From NCBI RefSeq assembly GCF_964204645.1, contig NC_134029.1, forward strand, positions 10,876,850-10,940,849: 64,000 nucleotides of DNA, given 5' to 3'. Source of the DNA: Tubulanus polymorphus (taxonomy: Eukaryota > Animalia > Nemertea). The notes under the pieces were generated by a model that had not been told where the DNA came from, searched no databases, and was given only the letters and a program-made list of their open reading frames with translations. Numbering within the stretch: position 1 is the stretch's first letter; every line of letters starts with the position of its first letter. Shown here piece after piece: positions 34,510-47,246 of this stretch. The translations under genes were made by a program, and so were the position numbers.

Positions 34510-35040
34510 ATGGATGTAGAAGTGGGAGAAAATATTCAAATGGATCCTTTTGATGAACCTGATATAACTGAAGAACAACCACCTGATTTTAATGAAACAA
34601 GTTTTAATGACGGTAATGAGCCAGAATATAATAATAATTTAGCAGATGGTTAGCAGATGGTTAGCAGTGGTTTTAATGATAATATAATAACAACAGGCGA
34701 TTTTGATAGAAGAGCTGGACGGAGAATAAATATTGAAAATGAAAATCAAGATTTAGTAAGACAGAATTTAGAATATAAAGAATATATAAATAATTTTAAA
34801 CCTATATCTGAAAAATCTGGATATAATATAAATGATAGGGGTGCCAGATATTTAGTACAAGAATTAAAATCTTTGGATGGTGAATATAACTATCATTTGA
34901 AAGATGATTATTATATTAATATCACTTATAAAAATCAAAATAAGATATTAGCAGAATCAACTTTGAGTAATTTAGAACCATCTAGAATTAAAAGAATAAG
35001 TAATAGTAATGAAATAGAAAAATTATCTAATATATAAATA

Positions 35041-37407
35041 TATAAATTATCGAATATATGTTTAGAATATGATACAGTAACTGATGAAAATATTTCAAGC
35101 ATAATTCAAACTCAATACAATCAACGATTTTCATTATTATATGATTGTATTGATAAATTTAAAACTGTAACTATTAATGCAAATGATGAAATAATTAATG
35201 AGAATATTAACTTCCCAAGAAGATCTATTAAAGGTATATTACTATTTTTCACCATGGCAACATATTCCAATGGTGCAATAAATGTTGATGATTATTATAA
35301 TCCTGAAATATCAAAGGTAGAAATAACTATTGAAGGTATGATTAATAAAATATTTTGCCAAGGAATGAGAATGATTGAACATCGGTGAAAAAGCTGAATC
35401 ACTGAAACGCTGAAACGCTGAAAAAAGAACGCTGAAATTTCTGGGAATTCACGAAAAACGCTGAAATCGTGCTAGGAACCGACAATACACATTTTGAACT
35501 TTTTTTCCGGAGCGGGCCGCTGCCGAGTCCTGAACCGTGCTTTAGTCTCTACCTTACTTAGTTATAGAGACATGCATAAAACAGTATATTGTGTGGAGTA
35601 TGAAAACCTATGAAACCCCATTCACAACCGTACAAGCCACTTTTAAACACTATGCTGAATATTCCAAGAATGTGGTTGACTTCGAGACGAAAAAAATCTT
35701 ATTTGAACATTTCAAATGTATATGAAATATGATTATGATTGCCACTTCTCTTTTGTCAACATGTCACGCATGACTATGGACGACTGTGGTATTCTTGGAG
35801 ACCGGAGGTAAGTTAAATTTAATAGCTAGCTATAATGATTATGCGGCTTTTGGACAAAAGGGATCTTACTTAATTTCTTTTTAATTCATCGTGCGCATGG
35901 AATGGATTTAACAATTGCGAATAATTTATTTGCTGTGGTGAGAAAATCATTAGGTTTTTAAAGAAATGACAAACCATCTGCTAGAAAAATGTATCGATTC
36001 TTATTTTTAGACTGTCTATAAATGGAGGAATCGTAGGCCAAGTTGCTTAGATGGACATACAGATACCGAGAAAATACTTTTTATAGCAGTGATTATATTT
36101 CACGCTATCAGATGCCACAAGTGAACTTCAACTGTGAAATTTGTAGCAGGATAGCTAAACGACACAATTTTAAAACATGAAATAAAACGAATGCTATTTC
36201 AGTAATAACTTGATTCAACCAGAGAAAAATAGGTCAACAGCTGATGTACAGTAGACCCCGCTTTACTTGTTTTTCCTGGGACCAAATTCGTAGTCTTTAA
36301 AATCTAAGGGATATTCCGAGGTAACCAAGGGGATTTCAATAGAATACGAAGCAATGGAACCAGAATTCAAGCCCAAGCTAAGCGAATCTGTGGCTTTAAC
36401 GCTTGATTCGGATAAAATGTAGAACTGATTTCTCTTGTGTACTCTTGTGGAATGTATAATGTATATTTCAAGCTGTTAATCAATATAGTTAAGATAAACG
36501 TTCAATTATTGGATCTTTCTTGTTGACGTTTAATTTTGAGAGTTTAGAGTTCCAGTTTATCCACAATGTGCAGTGCCTAGCCTTCATCTACACTAAAGCC
36601 AAGTCTGTGTATGGGAAAATGTTGTTCGACTCTTATAGGCCTGAAAAATCGAGGCATGAATGCAGATGGTAGTCTCAGCAAGTTGAGAAAGTAAAACAAG
36701 TTTTGACCTCTTCCGGGGACGACCCTTTAAGGCTCCTCCTTGTAGAAAATGTAGAAATATGAAACCCAATCGAAGCTATGCTAAGTACAATGACAGTTGA
36801 ACCTTTATTAACGAATTTCAATGACACCGAAAATAACGTTGGCTTGTACGGTTGTGATAAAGTTTTGATAGGTTTTCATACTCCACACATACTGTTTATG
36901 CATGTATCTACAACAAAAAATTAGGTAGAGACAAAAGCAAATGTTCAGGACTCGGCAGCGGTCCCGGCCCGGAAAAAAATTCAAAACGTGTATTGTCGGT
37001 TCCTAGCATGATTTCAGCGTTTTCCGGGAATTCCCAAAATTTTCAGTGTTTTTCGGGAATTCCCTGAAATTTCAGCGTTTTATTTTCAGCGTTTCAGTGT
37101 TTCAGCTTTTCCAGCGAAGTTCAGGAACCGTTGATCAATGGCCAGAAATTAGAAAACATTTATGAATGAAAAAGTAAAATCATCTGAAAATTGTAATATT
37201 AATCAAATTGATTATTATAACGGCAATAAATATGCACTATGGTTAGATTTTAGAACAACAGAGGATAATTCATTACATGGTTCTGGGAAAAAACTACAAA
37301 ATACAAAAGATGGAATACAATTGTTCATGAAAAAGAAAAAAGGAATCAAAAATTTCAAAATGCCAATTTATATTATAAATTCTCAATTCGATAGTATTCA
37401 ATATTAG
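35041..37407 (+). pseudogene. 3' part of the element B major capsid gene, interrupted by a MITE
   Basis: YKLSNICLEYDTV..FPRRSIKGIL..GMRMI / DQW..YALWLDFRTTEDNSLHGSG. Confidence 0.85.
35376..37130. mobile_element. ~1.75-kb foldback element with ~270-bp TIRs
   Basis: 35376-35640 mirrored by ~36838-37130 (GCTGAAA repeats, CTAGGAACCGACAATACAC); TTGA on both flanks. Confidence 0.8.
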
Positions 37408-37437
37408 AAGTATAAAGTTAAAATTAACGATATATAA

Positions 37438-38544
37438 ATGGGGGATAAAAAAAACTCGAAATACTAAAGAACAATATCTAAGAAATTTATATTATAATCC
37501 TGAGAGTTCGGTTGCTTATTCTTCTGTAAAAAACATATGGAGTCAAGTAAAACAAGATAAATTAGATAAGATAATCCCACAAAATTTAGTTAAATATAAA
37601 GATACAAATGAATTTATGTTAGAACAACCAACATATACAAAACATAAAAAAATTGTTAGAAAATATAAAACTCGTAAAACTATGGTAAGTTATGTAGATC
37701 AGCAGTGGCAAGGAGATTTAATTGATATGAAAAATGTTAAGAAAGATAATGATGATTATTGGTGGATATTAAATATAATTGATATTTTTAGTCGTTATGT
37801 ATGGAGCTTCCCACTTTACAGAAAAGATGCTGTACAAACATCAAATGTTTTAAGAAAATTTCTTTCGGATGATAAACTAAAACCAGAAAAAATACAATTT
37901 GATGTTGAAAAAAATTTGATAATTCACTTGTTCATGAACTCTTAGATAATCATAATATTAAATATTTTTCAACAAAATCGGATAAAAAGCAGCAGTTGTT
38001 GAACGATTTAATAGAATATTAAGAACAAGAATGTGGAAATATTTTACAGCAAAAAATACTTTTAAATGGATTGATGTTTTACTAAAATTGATAAAAGGTT
38101 ATAATAATTCTTATCATTCTTCTATTGGAATGAAAACTATTGATGCTAGAAAACCTGAAAATGCTGAAATTGTTTGGAATAATTTATATGGAGCATTTCT
38201 TCTAGATGATTTTGGTGAACCTAAATTTGAAGTTGGTCAAAATGTTAGAATTTCTAAGTATAAAAAGATATTTGACAAAGGATACGATCGTAATATTACT
38301 AGAGAAACATATAAAATAAAAAAGGTAATAACAACAAAACCATATGTCTATAAATTAGAAGATTTGGATGATGAAGAAGTTGATGGGTATTTTTAACTAC
38401 TGAAAATCTAGAACAAGAATATAAAATTGAAAAGTATTAAAAACAAAAACTGTTAATAGAAAAAAATATTCTTTAGTAAAATGGGTTGGATGGCCAGATA
38501 AATTCAATGAACTGATATTATCGAGTAAAATTAAAAATATATAA
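37438..38544 (+). pseudogene. Element B rve integrase-chromodomain, frameshifted
   Basis: WQGDLID, IQFD, VERFNR, YSLVKWVGWPDKFNE. Confidence 0.88.
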
Positions 38545-39153
38545 ATGAATAAGGAATTATTTTTATTTGAGCCTCATAATATGTTAATTTCTGGTGTAAC
38601 AAATTGTGGAAAAACTTATTTTATATTAAATTTATTAGAAATTATTTATAAAAACTATTTTGATAACATAGTATTATTTTGTCCAACGTATGAATTTAAT
38701 CAAACTTATGATAGAAATATAACTAGAAATAATAAATTTATTGTATTAAATCCTAAAACAGTTAAAGAAAATTTAGATAATTGCATTAAAATAGCAATTG
38801 ATATTTATAAAGGATCAAATACATTATTCATTATAGATGATTGTGCAAATTTACATGATTCAAAAATTAAAGAGAGTGAATTATGTTATTTAGCTTTCTC
38901 TGGAAGACATTTTGGGATAACAACGTGGGTTTTAAATCAAAAATATAATTCAATTGTTAAAGATTTTAGAGAAAACATTAGATTTTTAGTTTTATTCTAC
39001 AATAAAGATAGAAAATCAATCAAAAATGCGCTTGAGGAAAATGATATTATTCCACATGATTTACACAATGAATATATGGATAAATTGAAAAATAATAAAA
39101 GATCAAAATTACTATTTCGATTACAACACCCATTTAAATATGAATTTATTTAA
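38545..39153 (+). CDS. Element B packaging ATPase (ORF intact)
   Basis: GVTNCGKT, FIIDD; closely similar to 13947..14558. Confidence 0.9.
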   Translation: MNKELFLFEPHNMLISGVTNCGKTYFILNLLEIIYKNYFDNIVLFCPTYEFNQTYDRNITRNNKFIVLNPKTVKENLDNCIKIAIDIYKGSNTLFIIDDCANLHDSKIKESELCYLAFSGRHFGITTWVLNQKYNSIVKDFRENIRFLVLFYNKDRKSIKNALEENDIIPHDLHNEYMDKLKNNKRSKLLFRLQHPFKYEFI

Positions 39154-39850
39154 ACTCAACTAGCTTGTTAATCTAGTATATTTTAATCACATTCTAGTTA
39201 AATTTTTGTTATTGGCAGTTGAAACGAAAAAATAAATAAAAACAACAATATTTTAACTAGCTTGTTAATCTAGTATATTTTTAGTTGTATTCTAGTTGAA
39301 TTCTAGTTATTGGTAGTTGAAACAAAAAATCAAATAAAATTCAATAAAAAATAAATAAAAACAACAATATTTCAACTAGCTTATTAATCCAGTATATTTT
39401 AGTTAAATTCTAGTTAAATTCTAGTTGAATTCTAGTTGCAACAACACAACTAATTTGTTTCTTATATAAATGGGCGAAAAGAAAATAAAATCTAAAAATA
39501 GTGATGTTCCAATTGAAAAAACTTTGGATGATTTAGGTATAACAGAAACAAAATTAGCGTCAGATAATAATTGTGCTTTAAATGATATTGCTACAAACAA
39601 TAATTATGAATATTATCTTTATTCAAACATCGATTAGAAATATTAATAGCATATTAATAACTAACAATTAGTTGGTATAAGAAATCAAATATATATTTTA
39701 GAAAAAAAGCAAAAAAATAATTTTATTTTAATTAATTGAATATCTCACTACTTTTGTCTATCTACGCGGAGCAATTGAATTGTCCAGATAAGTCATTTCG
39801 GATTCTTGATATTTAATTTATTTTTTTTTATTTTTTTATTTCTTAATTAT

Positions 39851-40168
39851 TTAGTCAAAAACTTCTAAATCATGATGCCCGTCTTCATTTTCCCATGGTA
39901 AATTATTTTAAATCCTTCTAAATCTTTTAATTCCTCTGTACTCAATAAAACCCATTTATCAGGTAAAAATACTTTAAATTCTCGCATTACAGTAACTTAA
40001 ATTTGCTGTTACTTTCTCTCCATATTTAGTTTTTATCTTTTCTAATTTCAATATTTTGTGTTCAATTTCTTTTGTAACATCGACTAACTTTTTTATTTCA
40101 AATTGTTTTTTTTGTTGTTGTTTTATTCTGTTATTGATTGTTGCTAAGAATGCTTTTCTATCTCCCAT
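39851..40168 (-). pseudogene. Divergent homologue of the 113-aa SSB-like gene
   Basis: TKYGEKV, KVFLPDKW..LSTEEL, ENEDGHHDLE vs TNKYGDKL, TYLPDRF..LSSEDL, KNEKGHHEID; TAAATG start; frameshifted. Confidence 0.7.
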
Positions 40169-40256
40169 TTATTACGGGGAAAAATTACTTGTGGTGATGA
40201 GTGGTGTGTCGTACTCTCGTACTCTGGTATGAAACCCCACTTTTACAATTACTGAA

Positions 40257-40860
40257 ATCATTTGATACCAGACACGACTAAGTTGTTTCCGAAACAGATC
40301 CATATAGCTATGTGGTCAGTATTGGTCAATATTTGGTCGGTTGAATAGTTGTTAGATGAAAGCCCACAGCATATCTAATTATTTGACACCAAACACGACT
40401 GTGTTGCTTCTAAAATAGACAAATTAGTTGTTTCCGAAACAGATCCATTTAGCTATTTGGTCAGTATTGGTCAAAAATTGGTCAGTGAAATAGTTGTTAG
40501 ATTATAGCCCGCAGCATATATAGTCGCTCGACGCCCAAACACGATTCTATTGCTTACTAATACTAAACATATAAATTACTTATGGTGGGCTCTGGTTAGC
40601 ACTGGTAACTGGTCAGTACTGGTGAAGCATTGGTCAGTTAAACAATTTTTAGATTAATGTCCACATCATATCTAGTTATTTGACACCAAACAACTTATTG
40701 ATTGCAAAACAAATAATTGACTATATGGCTAGTACTGGTCATGCACTGGCCAGTTAATAGACAAGGTCCACGGCACGAGTTATTTGATACCAAACACGAT
40801 TGGATTGTGTCGTTTCGAAAATTTATCTGTTGGGCAATTTGACTGTGGTCAGCCCTGGTT
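40257..40860. repeat. Degenerate tandem repeat (~120-150-bp units)
   Basis: Recurring ATTTGA(C/T)ACCAAACACGA..GGTCAGTATTGGTCA..GTTGTTAGAT. Confidence 0.75.
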
Positions 40861-42546
40861 CGTTAGGTTCTTATTTTGCCGGCAATTTATCTCGAACATC
40901 GAATGACTCAATTACTGATTAAGTCAACAGATCATTAATTAATGGAAATGAAGATCAGTGTTGTTGCGAAGTGCGAATATATTTTTTATTATTGATCAGT
41001 ATTAATAACTACGTCATTGATTGATTGCAGTGGCATCGATATGTTTGTTTAATTTCTGTTCAATTTTTGGTGTGACATTTGTTATGGAACACTCTGTATT
41101 GTAACCTTGGCTACTGCTGCCATCTATAGGGAAAAATGTGTGAATGCTCACTTGCCAGAACCGGAAGTGAAAAGAATAAATAAAAAGTCATGAAAACTAG
41201 AAAAAACTGGTCGTTAAAAGTTACTTCTCGGCTCAACCGAAGGGACAAGGATGGAATTCAAGACAAGTGTTTAACTAATAGTCCTTAGTCTGAATAAAAT
41301 GTCTCTGGTATGGGTGCTATGGTGCTTGGAATAATATCCCTAACTAGTTACACCGTACTGTATCATTTTATTTTTACTACTCCCCTAATTGACTATGATG
41401 TTCTCAAGTGGTCTTAAGTACCGCTAATAGCCGAAAGTCGTTGATTTATGTGAAATTTACATACAGCGCCACCCGAGCAATACGGGTGTTAAATAGATAC
41501 GCTAGCAAACCGGCATTCTCATAATGGAACTATTTTGACCTATTCTGGAGTTGAACTAATGGTATAATTGCTCTTAAACTGCTACATCGACCTGTAAGGT
41601 CATTACTCGAGGATCGCAGCTATATCGACATGGCAAGAAACCACTGTTATCCCTCTTATTGTTTTTAATGTAAAATGTATTATGCTTTGTAAATCATACG
41701 TAAATACATGTATCACTCTGTACATCTCGACCCGAAATGGTGCAATAAGGATAACAATAAAGTGACTATTGGTATTCCGTAGCGACCTGTCCACTATCGT
41801 AGACTGGTCGCCTGTCCAATTCTGCAGGGCCAACTTCGGTTTTCGTAGCTAGTCGACTAGTGGTCGGAGCTAATAACCGAACACAATATAGTTCGGTCGT
41901 AACGTATTTCACAGTGTCGACCATCTTGAACCTAGGTCCGAACTGTAGCGACCGTGCTCAATTGCGTGGTCGACCATTTCCGGACTATAGTTCCGACTAA
42001 CGGACATTCGGTTTCATTTAGTTCGACTATAGTCGACTAACTCCGATAACCGAAGGTGGCCCAGAATAGTCCATCTTCGCTTGCCAGGGGTCCGGTATCA
42101 CTCCCGAACTCGCTTCCACCAGCCCCCTGGCCTCACGAAGCGTGATTTCATTACTGGCGCTGTTGCGCATGACGTCATATATCGATTTGCGAAATACTTC
42201 CTTGTTCAGTAAACGATCATTGATTGGTCCATTTAACGGGAAAACCAATAAGAAGCCTAAAGTCGTTTGTTACAAGCGCTGTGATTGGTACGACCGGATT
42301 CTGGTCGGCTAGTAACGACTCCAACGACTCGTGAGTTCAAGGGGTTTGGCTAACAGTTTTAGCGTAGTGGGTTCGAATCCCTTGACGGGCGATAATGGAA
42401 TAGTCAGAATCTAACTGAAGGTAGAGACCGGCAACCAGTCTAGTCTTGCGGAATTGTATCGGCAACCAGTCTAAATCAATTTGAAAATCCAAACATTGTG
42501 TACGCCCAAACATTGTGTACTTTCATCCGTACGATCAGAAAACAAC

Positions 42547-42574
42547 ATGGCGCCGAAACCAAAATTTCAGGAAG
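42547..42574 (+). CDS. MORF4L1: MRG15 (mortality factor 4-like 1) coding exon 1, MAPKPKFQE(G)
   Basis: ATGGCGCCGAAACCAAAATTTCAGGAAG|gt; phase-1 join to exon 2 gives MAPKPKFQEGEKVLCFHGPLLYEAK, the MRG15 chromo-barrel N-terminus. Confidence 0.9.
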
Positions 42575-44885
42575 GTGATAATTGTGTATATTATGTTCCA
42601 TAATTATAGTGTGCAGTACTTTTGGTGCTATTGCACTTTCATACAGCCTCCCAAAAATGTTTATTTTTGCTATGTAGTATGTAACGGATGAAATCTAAGT
42701 GATGGACACCACCAGGGACTGGTCACATTTCGGTCGTGATTGAATCCAATTATTCATTATTCGTTTATTCCGACTCGCACTCCCAGCCGTTGGGTAGGGT
42801 TTTCAGATCACGTGACCAAAACCGGCCATAGTGCCGTTTTTTCCCACTTCAAAAGTTATGAACTTGATAAATCTTATAACTGTCATCCGATTTACTTGAA
42901 CTAAATTTTCGAGGAAAGATAATAAGCATCTTGTACTGTGTTGAAAATTCCATAATGATGCGCGGCGTAGTTCGTGAGTTACAAGCTGTTGGACACCAGC
43001 CAACTTTAGATTGTTGATTGACAGGTGCGCGTGTACTCTTCACCGCGGATTTCGAAAAATGCAGTTTTGAGATGCCCATCTTCTAGGCGATACTGCAGAA
43101 AAGGGGCGGGACTGGGGATCACGAAACCTTCACAGGTGTTTTCAAAACTTCTTGATTGACATCCAGGTATGCCGTACTTGTTTGTACCGGCAATTTGACC
43201 GATTTTGCGACACTTAAAAGATTTTAACGCAATATATTTCATCAAATTATGAAATTTAGAAATTAGTTCTCCCCCAGGTAGAAAAATATAGTAGTTTTAG
43301 TGTATATTGCAAAAGGTTTTAGTTAGATTCGTTAAGCCATCGCTCTCGACTTTTGGGTTAAATTTGGGAAGTATCGAAAAAATTGCTACATCCGGGCATT
43401 TTCATTCACTTCCGGGTTCGCGTAAGCGTTTGTTTACATGTGTAAATCAGCTGTTTACGCTAGTTTTAAGTTGTTTTAAGTCATTTTCTCACAGAATCAA
43501 TGAAATTTATGATAATTACTTTATATTGAGCAACTTTGGGGAAGATGTCGCCGATAAAGCTCAAGAAATCCCGTGTGTCATTCTGAAGGCCTTAGGCCTA
43601 CCTCATCAATCACACTGAAAAAGCAGCTACATGAACCCCCAGCCTCTCCCCAATCAAAATGTCCATATGAAACCTAAACTGAAATGAAAATACAATATTT
43701 ATTTATCAAAAATCATTTATTTATGTTTTGCAAGCTACAATTGAAACGGCAAAAGCTGACTCCTACTCGTAGTCAATTATCATCTTCCTTGGATTGGGCC
43801 GCCACAAAATTTATAATTGCTGTATTTTATTGCTCATATAAAATTCTCAATCCACAATTCCATTAACTTATCTATATTGAAGCTTATTTAGATAAGATGG
43901 TTGCAGTTTAAATAACTCCATCTCAGTGAGAGTTAAAGCTTTTAGGACTTGGCCTACATTTTGCATAATGATTCTTTTAAGAGGGGTTGGCTTATTTAAC
44001 ATCATAGTTCTTAGAGTGACCTGCAAAAGATAAAAGTTTCAATTAATAGATCCTTCTTCAAGTACTTTATATACCATAAAGGTTCTTTCTGGATCTTTTT
44101 TAGCAACGAGGATCTAATAGGCCTAACGTGACTTGGCCTAAATTTGAAATTCAAGAATTCTTACTGGATCACTAATATTTTCTTACCAATCAACTGAACG
44201 CATGAATCCTGATTAAATAGAGGAAGCTGGGATAAATACGGTCATTTTGATACCAATCATGATGCGTTTTTGGGTTTGAAATACTTTCCGAGCGACGGCA
44301 ACCATTTTAATCCCAAATATCAATTGTTGCTATTGTGGTTACCATGGCAACCAACTTTTATGTGTTGCGATGTCTGTGGTAAATTATAGTCGGATATATT
44401 TATCCCTGTGAAGTCGTAACACAAAATAAGTAAACATTTATCCTTTGTTTTTAGCTGATGAATACCTGGAACTGGCAATGAGCCAATTAATTAAGCTAAT
44501 TACCCTTAATTGGCTTAATTAATAATTAGTTTAAGATTTATAATCAATAGGAAAAGTATTATTCTGTATTTTCCCAAAGTTTGATTGAAATCGGATGACA
44601 ATTCCCAAAGATATACAAGTTTCTTTTCTACTTTCAATTATTTCTTAACTAAGAAATTGATCATTTGGTCACCATTTGACCTTGTGACCTTTAGTTCATT
44701 TCCTAATGAAGACTATGGCTGAGAAGTGTGATTTTCAGCCGACAAATTCCTTCATAACTTTTGAACGGCTTAACCGATTTTAGTTCTGTAAATTGCTATG
44801 ATCTTATATTAAACCCTTCTTTCATCTAGGCCTTTTAAATTGTTTGTATAGTGTTTGGAAAATTTTCACTTGAAAACCCTACGTT

Positions 44886-47240
44886 GGGGTTTGGTGATGG
44901 GCTTGGATTTTATTTCCGGGTTGTTGATAACCTCGCGAGAATGGTGCTCAATATGAACTGCGAATAAATTCAAAATATCACGGAAATACCTTGTGTTTAT
45001 ATTGCTCATTTATCCGCTAATATGTAATAGATGAAATCTAAGTGAAGGACGCTTCGTCACTGCAGCTTGATTTAATTTTTACGACTAAGATTAAGAAATC
45101 ATAACGATTCGAAAACAACCTCGTTCACGTATGGGGTGTAACAAAAACACTCAAAATAGTGTCAGTGACTAAAGGAACACCGAGAAAATTAATTGTTGTC
45201 AATGAAACTGGAAAGAAACTCTTACTAACTCTTAAAGTCTATCAATTTTATTTCGATGTTGAAATTGTTCTGTAGATTTGGGCCCCGAGCATTAAATTAT
45301 TGAAGAAATTAAATCAATTCTTATTGTTAAGCTTGGTAAAAATGGAAACTAATGCCATATATATAGTGAAGTGGTGGGGGAAAGAAGATGAAACTTCAAC
45401 TTTAAGGTTCGATTAATTTCTGGTTATTAAAAATTTTGGCTTATATTTTGATTAGGAAAATTATGACGAACCTGTTCATTTCATCTGTAGATCAAATGAA
45501 ATTCAATTTTCTATGAAAATAACTTGACCCATTTCTTAACTAAATATAAACTGGTCTTTGGCTACCCGGGGTAGGTCGGTTTACCACTGCTAAAAAGATT
45601 ACTATTTTGATTTGTATCAGGAATTTTTCAATGGTTTATAAACCACTTTGTAAAACCCGAAATGTAAAAACCGACATTGTGGTTAAACTGAGACGGTTTG
45701 CAAGATTGAAGAATTTGACCTGTGTTAATTTAGAAATTAGCTCGATTTGAAAAGTAAAGAAAGACAAGAAAAAATGAAAGACACATTGAAACGCTTCGAT
45801 CGCATAATTTTTTTCTGCCAGAAAAAATAATCGAATTGATTTCTCTCGCGAAAAATATTTATTTGTTTCTAATTTTTGGGGGAATGTCGAGTACCGGGAA
45901 TCTACGGCTCAAAATAAATAGTGCACGTGGCCAGCGGTACCGAATTCCTTATTTGGTGAAAGAAGGGGTGGAGAAAATGTTTTTGGTCGACCGTGATGTC
46001 GCTGCTCCGCGGAGCGAGACCATGCCGCCGATCGTCGCGCTGCCTTGAAATTTTAAGCAAATCGTACGACAACGCGACTCATCGCAGTTTTAGGGTCATT
46101 AAACTTGATAAATGATTACATATTTCAGCGCTGCGGCTGGGGTTGACTGTCGCTCGCGCGCGCGCGAGAGCGTAATTCTCCAGGATTCGAACCTGCGATG
46201 GCTGAACCGGGCGCGCCGGCGCGTGGTTTGTTTATTATGAATTCGCTCCCCGTTGCTAAGGGAATTTCAGCTATTTTCAAACTCGTTCGATCAACGTGGT
46301 TCATTGTTAAACTATTCATCGACCCAATCTTGTTCGAAATTTTATGAAATAAATAAATTCTGAAATAACCCGATCCATAAATTGCCTTATTTTAGTTATT
46401 TCGCTGCCGGATTTTAGCGTGACGTAATACTACTTCCGATTTCTCCATGAACTTTTCCCCATGAACCGGACGTCAAGTGACGTCATTTTTTTCTGACTTT
46501 GTCAGCTAGTCAGAATCGGTTAAGAAGGCACTTCGTAGTATCCACATATACGCGTTTACCAAAGGGACGTCCTCTGGGCGCCCGGCGTCCGTCTATTAAC
46601 TAAGCTCCGATAAAAAATTGGTCGTTAAGAATCATTATCAGACGGTCGTCATGCTTTACTATATAAAATCACAAGGGATGAAACGCAGTTCAAGTCGTGC
46701 CAGCCAGAAAGTTGGGACAGTCCCGTGACATTCTGATGTCATCACATTTAAAACTTTGTATGTTAAGTTAACATATTCACAGACCGATATCAATTGTCAG
46801 ATTATGATTCATATGAAATTAATAACTTATAAAGAATAATTTATGATCAAATATATAATTCATAGACAAAAAATGCATTTGATTGTAAGTTATTCTCAAA
46901 TATTTTTCGTATCATAGTTTCCATCTTAGATGCTTCAGGTTTGCATTCAGTCAAATAAGAAGCGTTAAGTCACGTGACTGTCCCAACTTTCTGGCTGAAA
47001 ATTTAAGTACAGCGGAGGCCTGGCGTTTCATCCCTTGTGATTTGATATAGAGCGTCACGACCGTTTGATAATGATCCTTAACGACCAATTTTTTATCAGA
47101 ACTATATAGCGGATAAATAACCAATATAAACGCAAGGTATTTCCATGATATTTTGAATTTATTCGCAGTTCATATTTAGCGCCATTCTCGCGAGATTATC
47201 AACAACCCGGAAATAAAATCCAAGCCCATCGCCAAACCCC
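44886..47240. mobile_element. Foldback element with ~135-bp TIRs and nested inserts
   Basis: GGGGTTTGGTGATGGGCTTGGATTTTATTTCCGGG.. mirrored at 47107-47240; no clear TSD. Confidence 0.75.
46603..47103. mobile_element. MITE with ~130-bp TIRs
   Basis: GATAAAAAATTGGTCGTTAAG..CAGCCAGAAAGTTGGGACAGTC mirrored. Confidence 0.75.
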
Positions 47241-47246
47241 TGTGGA

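Larger units (their letters stand above)
31229..40253 (+). mobile_element. Degraded, rearranged Polinton (element B) related to A
   Basis: Homologues of the 140-, 101-, 433-, 563- and 190-aa genes, MCP, integrase and ATPase; right terminus TGGTATGAAAC-N10-CAATTACT at 40225-40253. Confidence 0.9.

Noticed and set aside
30892-40253. Treating 31228 and 40253 as the two TIRs of one element
   Set aside because: Both ends face the same way, differ in sequence and share no TSD
42340-42392. tRNA gene (GGTTCGAATCCC B-box); similar hits at ~46185, ~59941, ~62635, ~63150
   Set aside because: Only T-arm/B-box-like pieces; no complete cloverleaf could be built, so at most SINE-derived fragments
45020-46602. 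Crypton-like element bounded by TAATAGATG/CGTCTATTA
   Set aside because: Only a 9-bp imperfect inverted match and no recombinase remnant; insufficient support
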